DNA of 27,229 bases, taken from positions 110,700 to 137,928 of the forward strand of contig JAAOMT010000770.1 in assembly GCA_016748015.1 (NCBI GenBank). Reading direction: 5' to 3'. A model generated the notes under the pieces. That model saw only the letters and a list, made by a program, of their open reading frames with translations, was not told the DNA's origin and did not search any database. This document shows positions 1 through 9,963 of this stretch, in pieces (position 1 is the stretch's first letter; each line of letters starts with the position of its first letter). The translations under genes and the position numbers were made by a program. Source of the DNA: Geosiphon pyriformis uo1. Taxonomy: Eukaryota; Fungi; Glomeromycota.

Positions 1-612
1 CCATAGATCATGATTCATCGCGGGTAATTAATTCAATTGCGGAATTTTCGGATTATCTCTTATCAAAATCACCATTGTAAAACATTATATTAGGCATGTG
101 TTATTTGATTGAATATATAAGGTTTAACTGTCTCATCATAAAACGCGTCATTTAAAAATATTTTCATTAATACTTGTGGCGGTATTTAAGTATAAGGAAA
201 TGTTTTATAAACGACTAATTGAAAAGAATTCTTGCAAAACAAACAATAAATTGTCCGGTGAATTGTGAAAGGATAGCTTCAATTGAGTTTTATGATTCTG
301 CGTAAAATGGCGATATAAAGTTCAGATTTTAAAACTTTGGAACGGGTTGTATTACTAGGCCATTGGCTTAAAAAACCTGGAAGCTTAATTATTTGAATTT
401 GGCTTGTTATAGACCAAACATTTTGAAAATTTGGAAACCCCTCATTGCAATACTCAAAACATTTAAATTAACTCTATATCTGATAAAAAGTTAAACAAAA
501 ATGATGGCGATATATTTTTAGATTTTCCGTTTATTTTATTGGTCACGAATGACTATAAAAGGTTAGTGGGAATTTTCGGTGCAAAGAATTACTTTTAAAT
601 AAAGTATCAAGT

Positions 613-1640
613 TTGTTTAACTTTTTTAACCTGCGAAGTAGATGTTCAAATTCCATAAAACATCAAAAATTTATTAACCTCAATGAAAATTTTTACACTT
701 TTTGTATAAATTGGTTATTTAACAAAAAAAATTCTTATAAAGAAGAAGAACACACTCACAGCAATTCATTTGGGATAACCGAGGAAGATAATGAATTTTT
801 TCATTCTCGTAAAAATTTACATATAGAGACCAGAAATATCCCAGATTTTAAAACAACAAAAAGTCTTAGAAAATCTGCTAGCCAGATTTTTCCATTTCGA
901 AAGTTCACTAGTCAGCCTTTTAAAATTCGAAAATCTGCCAGCCAGCTTTTTTCTTCTCGAAATGCTCAAAAATCAGAACTGAACAATGGGAATGAAAAAG
1001 TTTTCTTTTCGAAGAAAAGGCAGAAGTCGCGAAATAAAATCCATAATAAGCAGAGTTTAGTTAACTTTAACTAGAGATAAAACAAGTGTCGAATCTTTGA
1101 GAGGTAATGATGATAACTAAAGCAAAAAGAAAAATCTAAATGACAGGATAAATGTAAAATGGCATAAGCTCTCATTGAAAATTTTACTAAAGCCCTTGAA
1201 ATCCCAACTAGCTAACAAGATAATTTTCCAAGAAAATCTCGAACATTCATCAAATTCAAATCACTTAATAATTCCATCAAGCCATGCAGCTAGCAAAAAA
1301 AATAGATTACAAAGGACAAAGTTTGTGCGAAATAATCTACAATCAAAAAATCTTCATCGAAGTGCTTCACAACCAATTATTACAACAGCGATACCTCTAA
1401 GTCGTCACACCTCCTTGATTGAAATATGTCTAAAAGCATCAGAAAAAGGTCCATCAAACCAGGGACGATCAAAAAAGTTGGCCAACATCTAGCTCTACTC
1501 AAACCTCCCATTAATCCTCTTCAGCCAGTTGAACAGAGTAATTACTCCAGCAAGATATTGCCATTCTCATCAGTAAACAACAGCATAACTTCTCTTTTAC
1601 TTTTGAACTCAAGCTCACTAACAATGCGTGTATCAACATG
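613..1640 (+). pseudogene. Disrupted ORF for a Ser/Lys/Asn-rich, probably disordered protein of unknown function (host-gene-like pseudogene)
   Basis: ORFs 613-1074, 1175-1492 and 1426-1641 can be joined by a frameshift near 1060, read-through of TAA 1118-1120 (..SVESLRGNDDN*SKKKNLNDRINVKWHKLSLKILLKP..) and a second frameshift near 1430-1490. Shared motifs RKSASQ and RSASQP. CpGs are retained, unlike the TE region. No recognisable domain; the start is uncertain. Confidence 0.4.
865..954 (+). repeat. 3 x 30-bp in-frame tandem repeat (10-aa unit)
   Basis: Encodes LRKSASQIFP / FRKFTSQPFK / IRKSASQLFS; exact 30-nt period (ttaga/ttcga/ttcga/ctcga at 866, 896, 926, 956). Confidence 0.8.
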
Positions 1641-2244
1641 AAAATATACCAGCAGATGCAACTCAAACAGCTTTTAGCCAAATTTTCTGATATCTTTGTA
1701 AAGAATGATAATAATCTTGGAATACAAATATTGTTAAATATAACATACACACAGAAGATGTTTAACCAATAAGACAACAAACATACAAAGTCTCACTAGC
1801 TAGCCACCATTTTATTCGAAAAAATTTCAAAAAATACTAAACAATAGTCCTATCCAATTCTCAATGAATTCTTGAATCTCACCAGTAGCTGTAGTTAAGA
1901 AAAAGAATGGAAAAATCCAATTTTATGTTGACTATAGAAAACTAAACAATATCATGAAAAAAGATGTTTATTTCTTTACTCAAAATTGATAACATACTAA
2001 ATGTTCTTAAAAAATCTAAATAATTTTCAATCTTAAACTTGATCAGTAGTTATTGGCAAGTTAAAATAAGTTTAAAAGATAGAAAAAAACAACATTGGCC
2101 ATTTAAAAAAGAGATTATAAGTTTAATATTATGTTTTTTGGACTCACTAATGCATCAGCAAAATTTTAGCAATTAATAAATGTTGTATACTTTGAATTAT
2201 TATAAAAGTTAGAAATAATGTACTTGGATAATAGTATATAATTC
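1640..2244 (+). pseudogene. pol: Ty3/Gypsy pol fragment (linker and N-terminal reverse transcriptase), degenerate
   Basis: Manual translation gives QLKQLLAKFSDIFVKNDNNLG..HTEDV*PIRQ; S*ISPVAVVKKKNGKIQFYVDYRKLNNIMKKDVY (cf. [27 protein letters not shown]); SSYWQV (cf. SGYWQ); MFFGLTNASAKF*QLIN (cf. MPFGLTNAPATFQRLMN); MYLDNSI (YLDD). Contains stops and frameshifts; no LTR seen. Confidence 0.9.
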
Positions 2245-4155
2245 TTCTTTAATCAATTCTAAAATATATTTTAAATTTAAATCAATTGATATTATTGAAC
2301 AATCGCTTAATTTAAATATTTTATTTTTACATTTTTAACTACTTCATTAATAAAAAAATTTCACAAAATAATTTATAAAACACAAACCAAAAACAATTAA
2401 AAACAAAAAAACACAAAAACAATTTACTAAAAAAAATTTTTTTTTTATTTTATTTATTTTTTCTGTATTATCAAACATAATTTTTCTTTAATAATTATCT
2501 CAAAAGTTAATGCTAACTTTAAAAACAATTTTTGCTTTTTTATTTACCAAATTAAATGCATTTAAAAAAAACTGCTTTACTAAAAAACTATAATTCTTAT
2601 AAAAAAAATATAAAAAGTATTTGGCATATATTTTTAAATATACTTAACCTTTAATGAAACTTAAAATTAAAAAAAAGATTATATTATTAATAATTTAAAT
2701 CAAAAATTATTACAAATTTTTTCTTGATTTTTAACATTTATTATTATTTTACAAATTATATTAATTATTTAATATTTTACTAATTTTTAAAGTTATAAAA
2801 CTGGTTTTTTTTACTAATATTATTAATTAAAATTTGGGTCAAAATTACTATTATTATTAATTAAAATTTAAACCAGTAATTATTTTTAATATTTAGTAAA
2901 TTTTTATTATGTCAATTCCATATTTTTTATTATTTAGAGTATAATATTTCAATTTTTATATTAAATAATACAAAATACTTGATATTAATTTACAAATATA
3001 ACAAAATACTATGCTTAAATTTTATAATAATAGTAATTTCAAGCAATTTAGGTAAATTTCAAGCGGTTTAAGTTAAAATTTATGTATTTTCTTGATAAAT
3101 TTTAAATAATTTAAATAAGTTCATTTTTTTTAAAAAATTAGCCAATATTTTAATAAAAACAAAAGTTTAAAACATAAAATAATACAATAAAAATCTGAAT
3201 AAAAAAAAATTTGGTTTTTAAAATAATAATTTTACAATAAATAAACTTGTAATAAAATAATAAATGTTTTGAATATTTGAATTTTAATATAAAGTTACAA
3301 TATTTTTTAAAATATTAAAAATATATATTACAATAATAAAATTTTAATAATAATATATAAGCCTTAAATTTAAAGTTATTTTTAACAAATACATCTTATT
3401 AAAAACCAAAAATTTTAATAATATTAATTGATATTAATAAAAATTAATAATTAATTTTACATAAACTTAATTGGTTAACTTTTTTATGATTGTATTATCT
3501 TTAAAATCAGTAATATAATTATTTAAATATATATTAAACTTGTTTTTTAATTTATTAATTTTAATTATAATATTAAAATTTAAAGCATATTTTTTTTAAT
3601 TGTTTTTAAATAATTTAACTTGTTGTTAAGTTATTTATTATACATAAAATATTTATAAATTAATTTAATAACTTAATATTATATATATTAAAGTTATTAT
3701 TTTTAAAGTTTAATTATATAATTTGTTTAATAATATTATTATAATCAAATATAATATATTAGCAGATAACAAAAAAATACAATTGTATAACAATAAAAAT
3801 AATAAAAGTATAATTTAATTTTAATAAGCAAATTAAATTAATAAAAATAATAAAAATAACAAAAAAATATAAAAATAAAAAATAATCTATAATATTAAAA
3901 AAAAGATAACATATTAATATAATTTTATGTTTTATGTTAGTATTTTTAGAATTTAATATTAAATATTTATAAAAAACTAATAAATATACAAATAAAAAAA
4001 AAAATAAAAAAAAATTAATATTATTGTATTTATTTTTGTTTTAAATAAATTTAATTTAAATATAAATAAATTTTTAAAACTTTAAAAAATCTTACTTATA
4101 TATTCTTAAAAAAAGAATTAATTATTAATCAATAATTATATTAATATTTACTTTT
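2245..4155. other. Extremely AT-rich tract, probably terminally decayed repeat DNA
   Basis: Roughly 85-90% A+T by eye, with long homopolymers and no ORF. Faint direct repeats at ~2820-2880 (attattaattaaaattt x2) and ~3033-3072 (aatttcaagc x2). Confidence 0.5.
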
Positions 4156-4168
4156 AAAAATAAGATAA
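4156..4168 (+). repeat. Left target-site duplication (AAAAATAAGATAA) of ORF1-only element copy 1
   Basis: Identical 13-mer at 6453-6465; preceded by TTTT (4152-4155), giving a TTTT/AAAAA L1-type endonuclease site. Confidence 0.75.
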
Positions 4169-6452
4169 AAAAAAAACTCTTTGTTTCCTTAATTTTATGA
4201 CCACAACCAAAGCAAAAAGTAAAAAAGCTGCATCTAATATCTGTCCTGAGATATCTAATAAAATTTCAACCAGAGGAGCTCTCTCTGTTGTAAAAACAAC
4301 TAGACAGAACGTTTTAGAAGCCTTTTCTTTACCCAATAATTATAATAAGCTGTCTTTGGTAGCCACTAAAGCAACTTTCTCATTTTTGGCTGGTTTTTCA
4401 TTAGTCAAAGTTCCCTCAAAAAAACACACTTGGGTTAGTCCCAGTGTTGCCTCCACCCTGACTAAGAGCCCAAAAGTTTTAATAATAGACCAGTAAATAA
4501 GCTGGTTTTCCCCTTTATAGATTTAATACTTGGTGCTTCTAGCACCACCTTTTCAAAAAAAATGATCAAAAAGACTAAAAGTTCAGAAAAGTGGGAGCAG
4601 TTGCTTGTTTCTGCTATTGTTATACCAAACCCCTTTGTGGTTTCCAATGAGATCTTAGATGAGATCTCTGTAGTATTATCTGACACATCATCCAAAATAG
4701 GCTTAGATCAACCACTGCTTGTGTTGCCAAATGTGGTGTCTTCTGGCAGATCATTGCCAGTTTTAGAAGCAAAACAATCTTTTCCTGTTGGGTTATCTGT
4801 TCTTGTGAACTGGACTGATCAGATAGAAACTGAATCATCTTTTCCTCTAGTTTCTGGTGTTATTTCTGGTGGTGCTTGAAAAACTATCACTAGTCGTCAA
4901 AGGTTTGCTGGGTGCGTGGCCTCCACTCTGGTGCCTGGTGGTACTTTTAAAATCAAATTGGCTCATGTTAAGGCTGTTTTTCAGTCTGTACATGGTTTTT
5001 TGGGTGCTAAGTCTGTTTCAAAAGACAATGTGAAGCTTTTTTGTATGGAATTTACTTCTCAAACTTCTTTAGATGCTGTGTTTTTAGTTGAACTTACAAG
5101 CTCTGTTTGTCTTATTACTCTTAAAATTGCCAAGTCTTTGGTAGTTTCTGAGTCTGGATCCTCTTCTGCTGCTGTTGTGCTGTGTGATATGCCTTTGAGT
5201 GTGTCTGCTGCTGACATTAAAACAGCTTTTAGTGTTTTTGGTATGGTTATTCATGTTGTGCTAAAGTCTGCTGGCATTTGGCAATATGTGGTGGTTTATT
5301 TTGAGAAGTTAGATTTTGCCATGTCTGCTTTGAATTATTGGTTAGTATTGGTGAGCAAGAATAGTATTAGAATCCTTTCCTTGGTGAATCAAAATAAGAC
5401 TATTTTGTTTCATGATAGGTTTAAGGCCAAGTTGGTCAACTTTCCTCCTGGCTGTACTGTCTTTGAAATCAGTAATATGATTTCTCAGGTTGGTGGCCGA
5501 TCTTGTTTTATTCCTTGGTCTCCTAATTCTGGTCATTATCTCCACTTTGCTTTAGTTACATTTGGCTTCCAAGCTGATTTGGACCTTGTTATTGCCAATA
5601 CTGGTATGCTTAGAAAGTGCCATATCTGGTGGGAGACTCTTAATTATCAGTGTTGTTTTTGGTATTAAAAAACAGGTCACTTGGCTGTAGACTGTAAAGT
5701 TGCTTTATCTCTCTTTCCTAAGGCTCCCAAGATGTTCAAACCACATTTTGTTGGTTCTTTGTCTTATGCTAAGACATTTGCTCTCTCTGTTATGTCTGAC
5801 TTTTCTTCTTTGGTGGCTTTCGTCTCTCCTGTGGCTGTTGTTGATCCTGTTGTTAGGTCTAGATTGGACTCTTTGGAAAAGCAAATTTCGGATTTGGCTG
5901 CTTTGGTAAAGTCTATTGTTGAGCCTGTTGGCTTTTTGGTTGTCTTGGTATCTCATTTCTTTGATGATAATGCTGTTAAGACTGTTAAGTTAGAGAAAAA
6001 TTTTCTTTCTATGAAATATGCTTCTAACAATTTTGCCAATCTTTTGGTTGGTGTGTCTAAGGATATTGCTTGTTTTAGATCTGAAGTTGACTTTAGTGGC
6101 ATAGATTATGATGATATGCAGGCCGCCAAACCTTTTTTCTTAAGTGAAAACACTGTTAAGCATGTTATAGCTTTGTGGCGAATGTCAAATGCTAAGATTA
6201 GAAGTAGTGTTGAATCTACTAGATTATTTCTTAGTGAGTTTATTTTTGATTCTAGAAATCTGAATGGTATTATTGAAAAAATTTGTGGATTGGGATTATT
6301 CTCACTTCTTATTATTTTAGCATAGTGTGTCCTTGATTGGTCCGAGTAACTAGTCACATATAGAAAGCACATAGTTAACATCTAGTTTAGATTATTTCTT
6401 TGATGTATAGTACTAAATTGTTTTTGGGCTGCACTCATTAAGCAAATAAAAA
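4169..6452 (+). mobile_element. Non-autonomous ORF1-only non-LTR retroelement (HAL1-like), copy 1, full length (~2.3 kb)
   Basis: Short leader (ctctttgtttccttaatttt-ATG), a single Gag/ORF1-like frame, ~120-nt 3' UTR, A-tail at 6444-6457 and a 13-bp TSD. No EN/RT sequence. Homologous copies at 18215-20075, 20085-23270 and 23480-23661. Confidence 0.85.
4197..6325 (+). pseudogene. LINE ORF1/Gag-like nucleic-acid-binding protein (~709 aa reconstructed): Ser/Lys-rich N-terminus, RRM-like domains, CCHC zinc knuckle, coiled coil
   Basis: Track ORFs 4197-4496, 4562-4879, 4916-5668 and 5681-6325 join with one frameshift (~4480) and two transition-type stops (TGA 4877, probably TGG; TAA 5666, probably CAA). 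RRM-like segment AVVLCDMPLSVSAADIKTAFSVFGMVIHV..YVVVYFEK. Knuckle CFWY*KTGHLAVDC is intact as CFRCLELNHLAADC in copy 3. Heptads in RLDSLEKQISDLAALVKSI. Confidence 0.85.
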
Positions 6453-6465
6453 AAAAATAAGATAA
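6453..6465 (+). repeat. Right target-site duplication (AAAAATAAGATAA) of ORF1-only element copy 1
   Basis: Identical to 4156-4168 and directly follows the poly(A) tail. Confidence 0.75.
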
Positions 6466-6861
6466 CTAATTATTAATAATAATTAATACTTTTTTTTTAT
6501 TAATTTAATGAATAAAGCCCAAATATTATCTAGCACAATATATTAAACTAAGTAATCTAAACTAAATGTAAATTATGTATTTTTTATATATAATTAGCCA
6601 CTCAGATTGATCAGAGCAACACTACAAATTAATTTTAACAGACATCATACTATCAATACCAGAAAATAAACAACAAAATATACAAAAACCAAAGCCAACA
6701 TCATGCATTTTAGAAATCTTAAGTAATCTAACAATACCAGTAAAAAGCAAAAATAAAAGACTATAGACCATAAAAAACATCAAGCTATTATGTGCAATCA
6801 GGTCTTTTTTTTCACAAATGTCTTATATTTAGCTTTAATCATCTATATCTTGGTATGATAA

Positions 6862-7830
6862 TATTACTAGAAATTTTTGGTCTCTATTTTTGAATATTGT
6901 TAATGTCTGTTGGTTGTAAATTCACGTTTTTTTGAAAGTAGTTAGATCTTTAATAACTGAATTTATTTTGAAATTATCTCTTATAATTTGAATTACTGGG
7001 CTTATAAGTAGAATAACCAATTTTATGCCAGTTATTTTGTGTAGTTACATTCTAATAAACATCAACTTTTTCCCAGAAATTGCTTATCTGGAAGCTCATT
7101 AAAAATATGTAATTACTTTGCTGTAAAAGTCAACTCTTCTACAGAAATCTTGTCTGTAGACTACTTTAATAATTATAATAAAAAAAGTAAAAAAAAATAT
7201 AAAAAATATAAAAAAATAAAATTCTGTCAAAAGAAACGTTTTTTATTCAGATCTTGAGTCACTAACAGATTATTGAAATTGGTAGCTAATCAATTTCAAA
7301 ACATTAGTTGTGTTAAGGAAATTTCAAGTATAATATTTAAGGATTTGGTTTTTTGAATATTTTAATTTTTATTTGATTTTATAAAAGTGTATAAGAGATA
7401 ATTTGTTTTAATTAAGGTATTTAAAATAAAATACTATAGTAAAATATATTTTCTTAAAGAAAGAAATTCTTTTTTTATACAACTTGTTGTAATACTAGTC
7501 TTTGAACTTGTACTTTTCTTTTTGCTATAATTTTTGTAAATTAAAGATATATTTTGGCAAACTACAAATTATTTTTACAAACTATTAATTATTTCAGCCA
7601 ATTTTCATCAATTTCGGCAAATTTTGACTATATTAAGTGGTTTAGAGTATTGTGTAATTTGATTATCTTAATTTCTATAATACAAATCAGATAATTAATT
7701 AAATAATAATATTTAATAATTGGATTAAATAATAAATAATAATTAAAATAATAATAATATATACTAATTAATAATAGAAATTATAAGAGTAACTTTATGC
7801 TAATTAATAGCAAAAATTTTACTGGTAACA
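6862..7830 (-). mobile_element. Solo LTR, family 1, copy A (more mutated)
   Basis: Termini tattactag...ctggtaaca (from TGTTACCAG..CTGGTAACA); colinear with 16934-17807. Flanks ATAA/GTGA differ only by G>A, consistent with a 4-bp TSD. Excision restores the ORF2 frame (..LETAH|HTKI*MIKAK..). Confidence 0.85.
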
Positions 7831-9712
7831 GTGAGCTGTCTCTAAGTTCTGAACTAATTTTACAATCATTTTATTGGCAATCTTGCCATTCTCAAAAACA
7901 AATACAGTCTCTAAAAATTATTCCTTAAACAAGAAACCATTACCCAAAGCAGTATAAACAATATTATTAGAAACACACAAAGAAAGCATTTGCAATATCC
8001 AAAATAATGACAAACTTAAACCTGACAAAATATCCCACTAAGTCAAATGTAACCTAAACAGATTTTCATAAATCTTAAAGTCAATTATATATACAAAGAA
8101 ATAGTTAAAACTCTTCATCTCTCCACAATAAAGATATAACACACTAGGGTAACTTTGATTATATAAATGCTTTCAAACAGCAACCAATAGGTAATAGTAT
8201 AAAGCCTTTATAAAATATGATTATAAATTAGCCATGAACTTACTTGTAAAACCAGTTGTCATATGTAAATTAAAATGCTAAACTGAAAAAATGCAAACCC
8301 AATCTATGTTATCAATCATGCTTTTGTTAATAACATCAAAACCAGATTTAATTTCTCAATAAGCACAATAAACAGCTTTAAAAATCCCACAAGTAAAATA
8401 ACAAACATTTCCAAACACCACTACACTATCAGCTCTAATGAATTTTTCTATAACCAGAACAAAAAGCACCAAATTTAAATCAATAGCCAAACCAGTCAGC
8501 TCATTAATATGCTTATTGTCCAATACATTCAAATATCCCTTAATCTTGCACCAAAAAACATTAAGCCTCTTACTTTTAATTGAGTTCATAACACTATATC
8601 TTTATATTTAACAATGATTGTAAAAATTTGGTAAAGCCAAATTTAACTCTACAGCACAAGCATTCAAAACAGTTTAACTGTCAGAATACACTATAACAGA
8701 GCTGTTAACAGGAACACACCTTAAAGCCAGAACAATTGCTTATAATTCTACCATTGTAAAGAATATTAACTTTTTAACTTTAACATTAATATCTACACTC
8801 AAGTTAGAGAAAAATACAGCAGCACTACATTTTATTTTACATGTGTCCAAATTTCTTAAAGACTCATCTGTAAATACACTAATGACATTCAATTTGATGG
8901 CAGAAAAACATTGTATTACTTCAAAAACACCACCAAAATCACAAATGTTCAAAGATTAGGAGCCAACAATAGATAACTCATTAAACAATGCAAACCCGAC
9001 TAAGAAATCACATGCCAATTTGAACCAGCCAGGAACTAGGCCTCTTGAATTGAATTTCTTCCAATGGTAAAAACTTTTTTAATCATAGATTAACTCTTTT
9101 TTGTCATATAATTAGTTGACAAAAGTGACTTCAAATCTCTTAAATAAATGTAAAACCAATTTAGAACTTGCAAATCTAAAAATTTATGATTAAACAAGTA
9201 ACCAAGAAGTCCACAAACATTTAAAAAACTTAATACAGATGCTATTTTGCACTTGGCTTGCAATTATTTGAATGATTTCAATTCATATAATAATGAATAG
9301 TAAAAAGCCTTGTTAAAAAAATTTTTTGGCAGGCCAGCTTTTATTCTCAAATTTTTTTTAATCAGCATATCTTACTTAATACACATACTTTTAAAGACAA
9401 AACTAAACTGAGTTCTGTAACTAATTATAAGTTACAGTACAGCCAAGACTAAATAAAAAAACTGTTTGTTCAAAATAGCTTTCTTCAAAACCAAATTAAC
9501 AAAAAACCTAATATTTAAATGAGTTTTTGTCACACTAGGCTTGGACAAGTTCTTAAAAAACAAAATAATTCTGAGATATCTATGAAACTCTTTTTTATAA
9601 GCAACTGAAATTAGTAAACTATTTATTGATAATAAAGTATCTTTAACTTTCCAGTTGATAAAGATGGCCACTATTACTTATAGAATATAGGAAGTATATT
9701 AGCATATAAATT

Positions 9713-9963
9713 AGCCAATCAGAAATAGACATAGTAAATATGGAATTCTATGATTTTTCTTAGAGAAATTACAAAATTCCAGGAATTTCAGAATTCTTGT
9801 ATAAAGAATTACAGGATTTTAGGAATTTCAGGATTTTTGTATAAGGAATTACATGATTCCAAAATTCCAGAATTCTTCTCAAAAGAATTGCAGGATTCCA
9901 GAAATTCTAGGATTTCTGGTGTGAAAATTTAAGGAATTGAGAAATCTTAATTATGTATATATA
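9713..9963 (+). promoter_or_regulatory. Putative LTR U3 promoter: CCAAT box (agccaatc, ~9713-9720), repeat module, TATA-like element (tatatatag, ~9956-9964)
   Basis: The CCAAT box recurs at the equivalent position in the family-2 LTRs at 21625 and 15916; the TATA-like element recurs in all four family-2 copies. Confidence 0.5.
9765..9920 (+). repeat. ~4 x 40-bp tandem repeat built from 9-10-bp caggaattc-like subunits, within the LTR U3
   Basis: Units start at about 9765, 9805, 9845 and 9884 (e.g. agaattacaggattttaggaatttcaggatttttgtataa). Confidence 0.8.

Noticed and set aside
143-148. ACGCGT (MCB-like cell-cycle box)
   Set aside because: A single hexamer with no identified target gene in the window; compatible with chance.
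1104-1146. Possible short intron GTAATG...ACAG rescuing the 613-1640 ORF
   Set aside because: It is only 43 nt, the upstream frame already stops at 1072-1074, and the segment reads as plausible coding sequence. It cannot be supported without RNA data.
4154-6381. Minus-strand ORFs overlapping the ORF1-only element (4154-4336, 4462-4695, 4620-4838, 5342-5545, 5705-5956, 6106-6381) and plus-strand ORFs over copy 3 (20646-21130, 22687-23097)
   Set aside because: These are antisense shadows of the ORF1 frame. Similarity between 4462-4695 and 22687-23097 just reflects the repeat copies.
6326-6390. tRNA-like A/B boxes in the shared tail (gtccgagtgg.. / putative ggttcgcacc)
   Set aside because: The B box exists only after hypothetical back-mutation, the spacing is too short and no cloverleaf can be built.
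6323-6624. The inverted repeat here as a MITE or terminator hairpin
   Set aside because: It is explained by two independent elements with homologous 3' tails inserted tail-to-tail.
9742-9945. GAATTC-rich periodic sequence as a CRISPR array, or ORF 9750-9932 as a gene
   Set aside because: There are no unique spacers and no cas genes, the context is eukaryotic, and the repeat lies inside a TSD-bounded LTR. The ORF is a by-product of the repeat.
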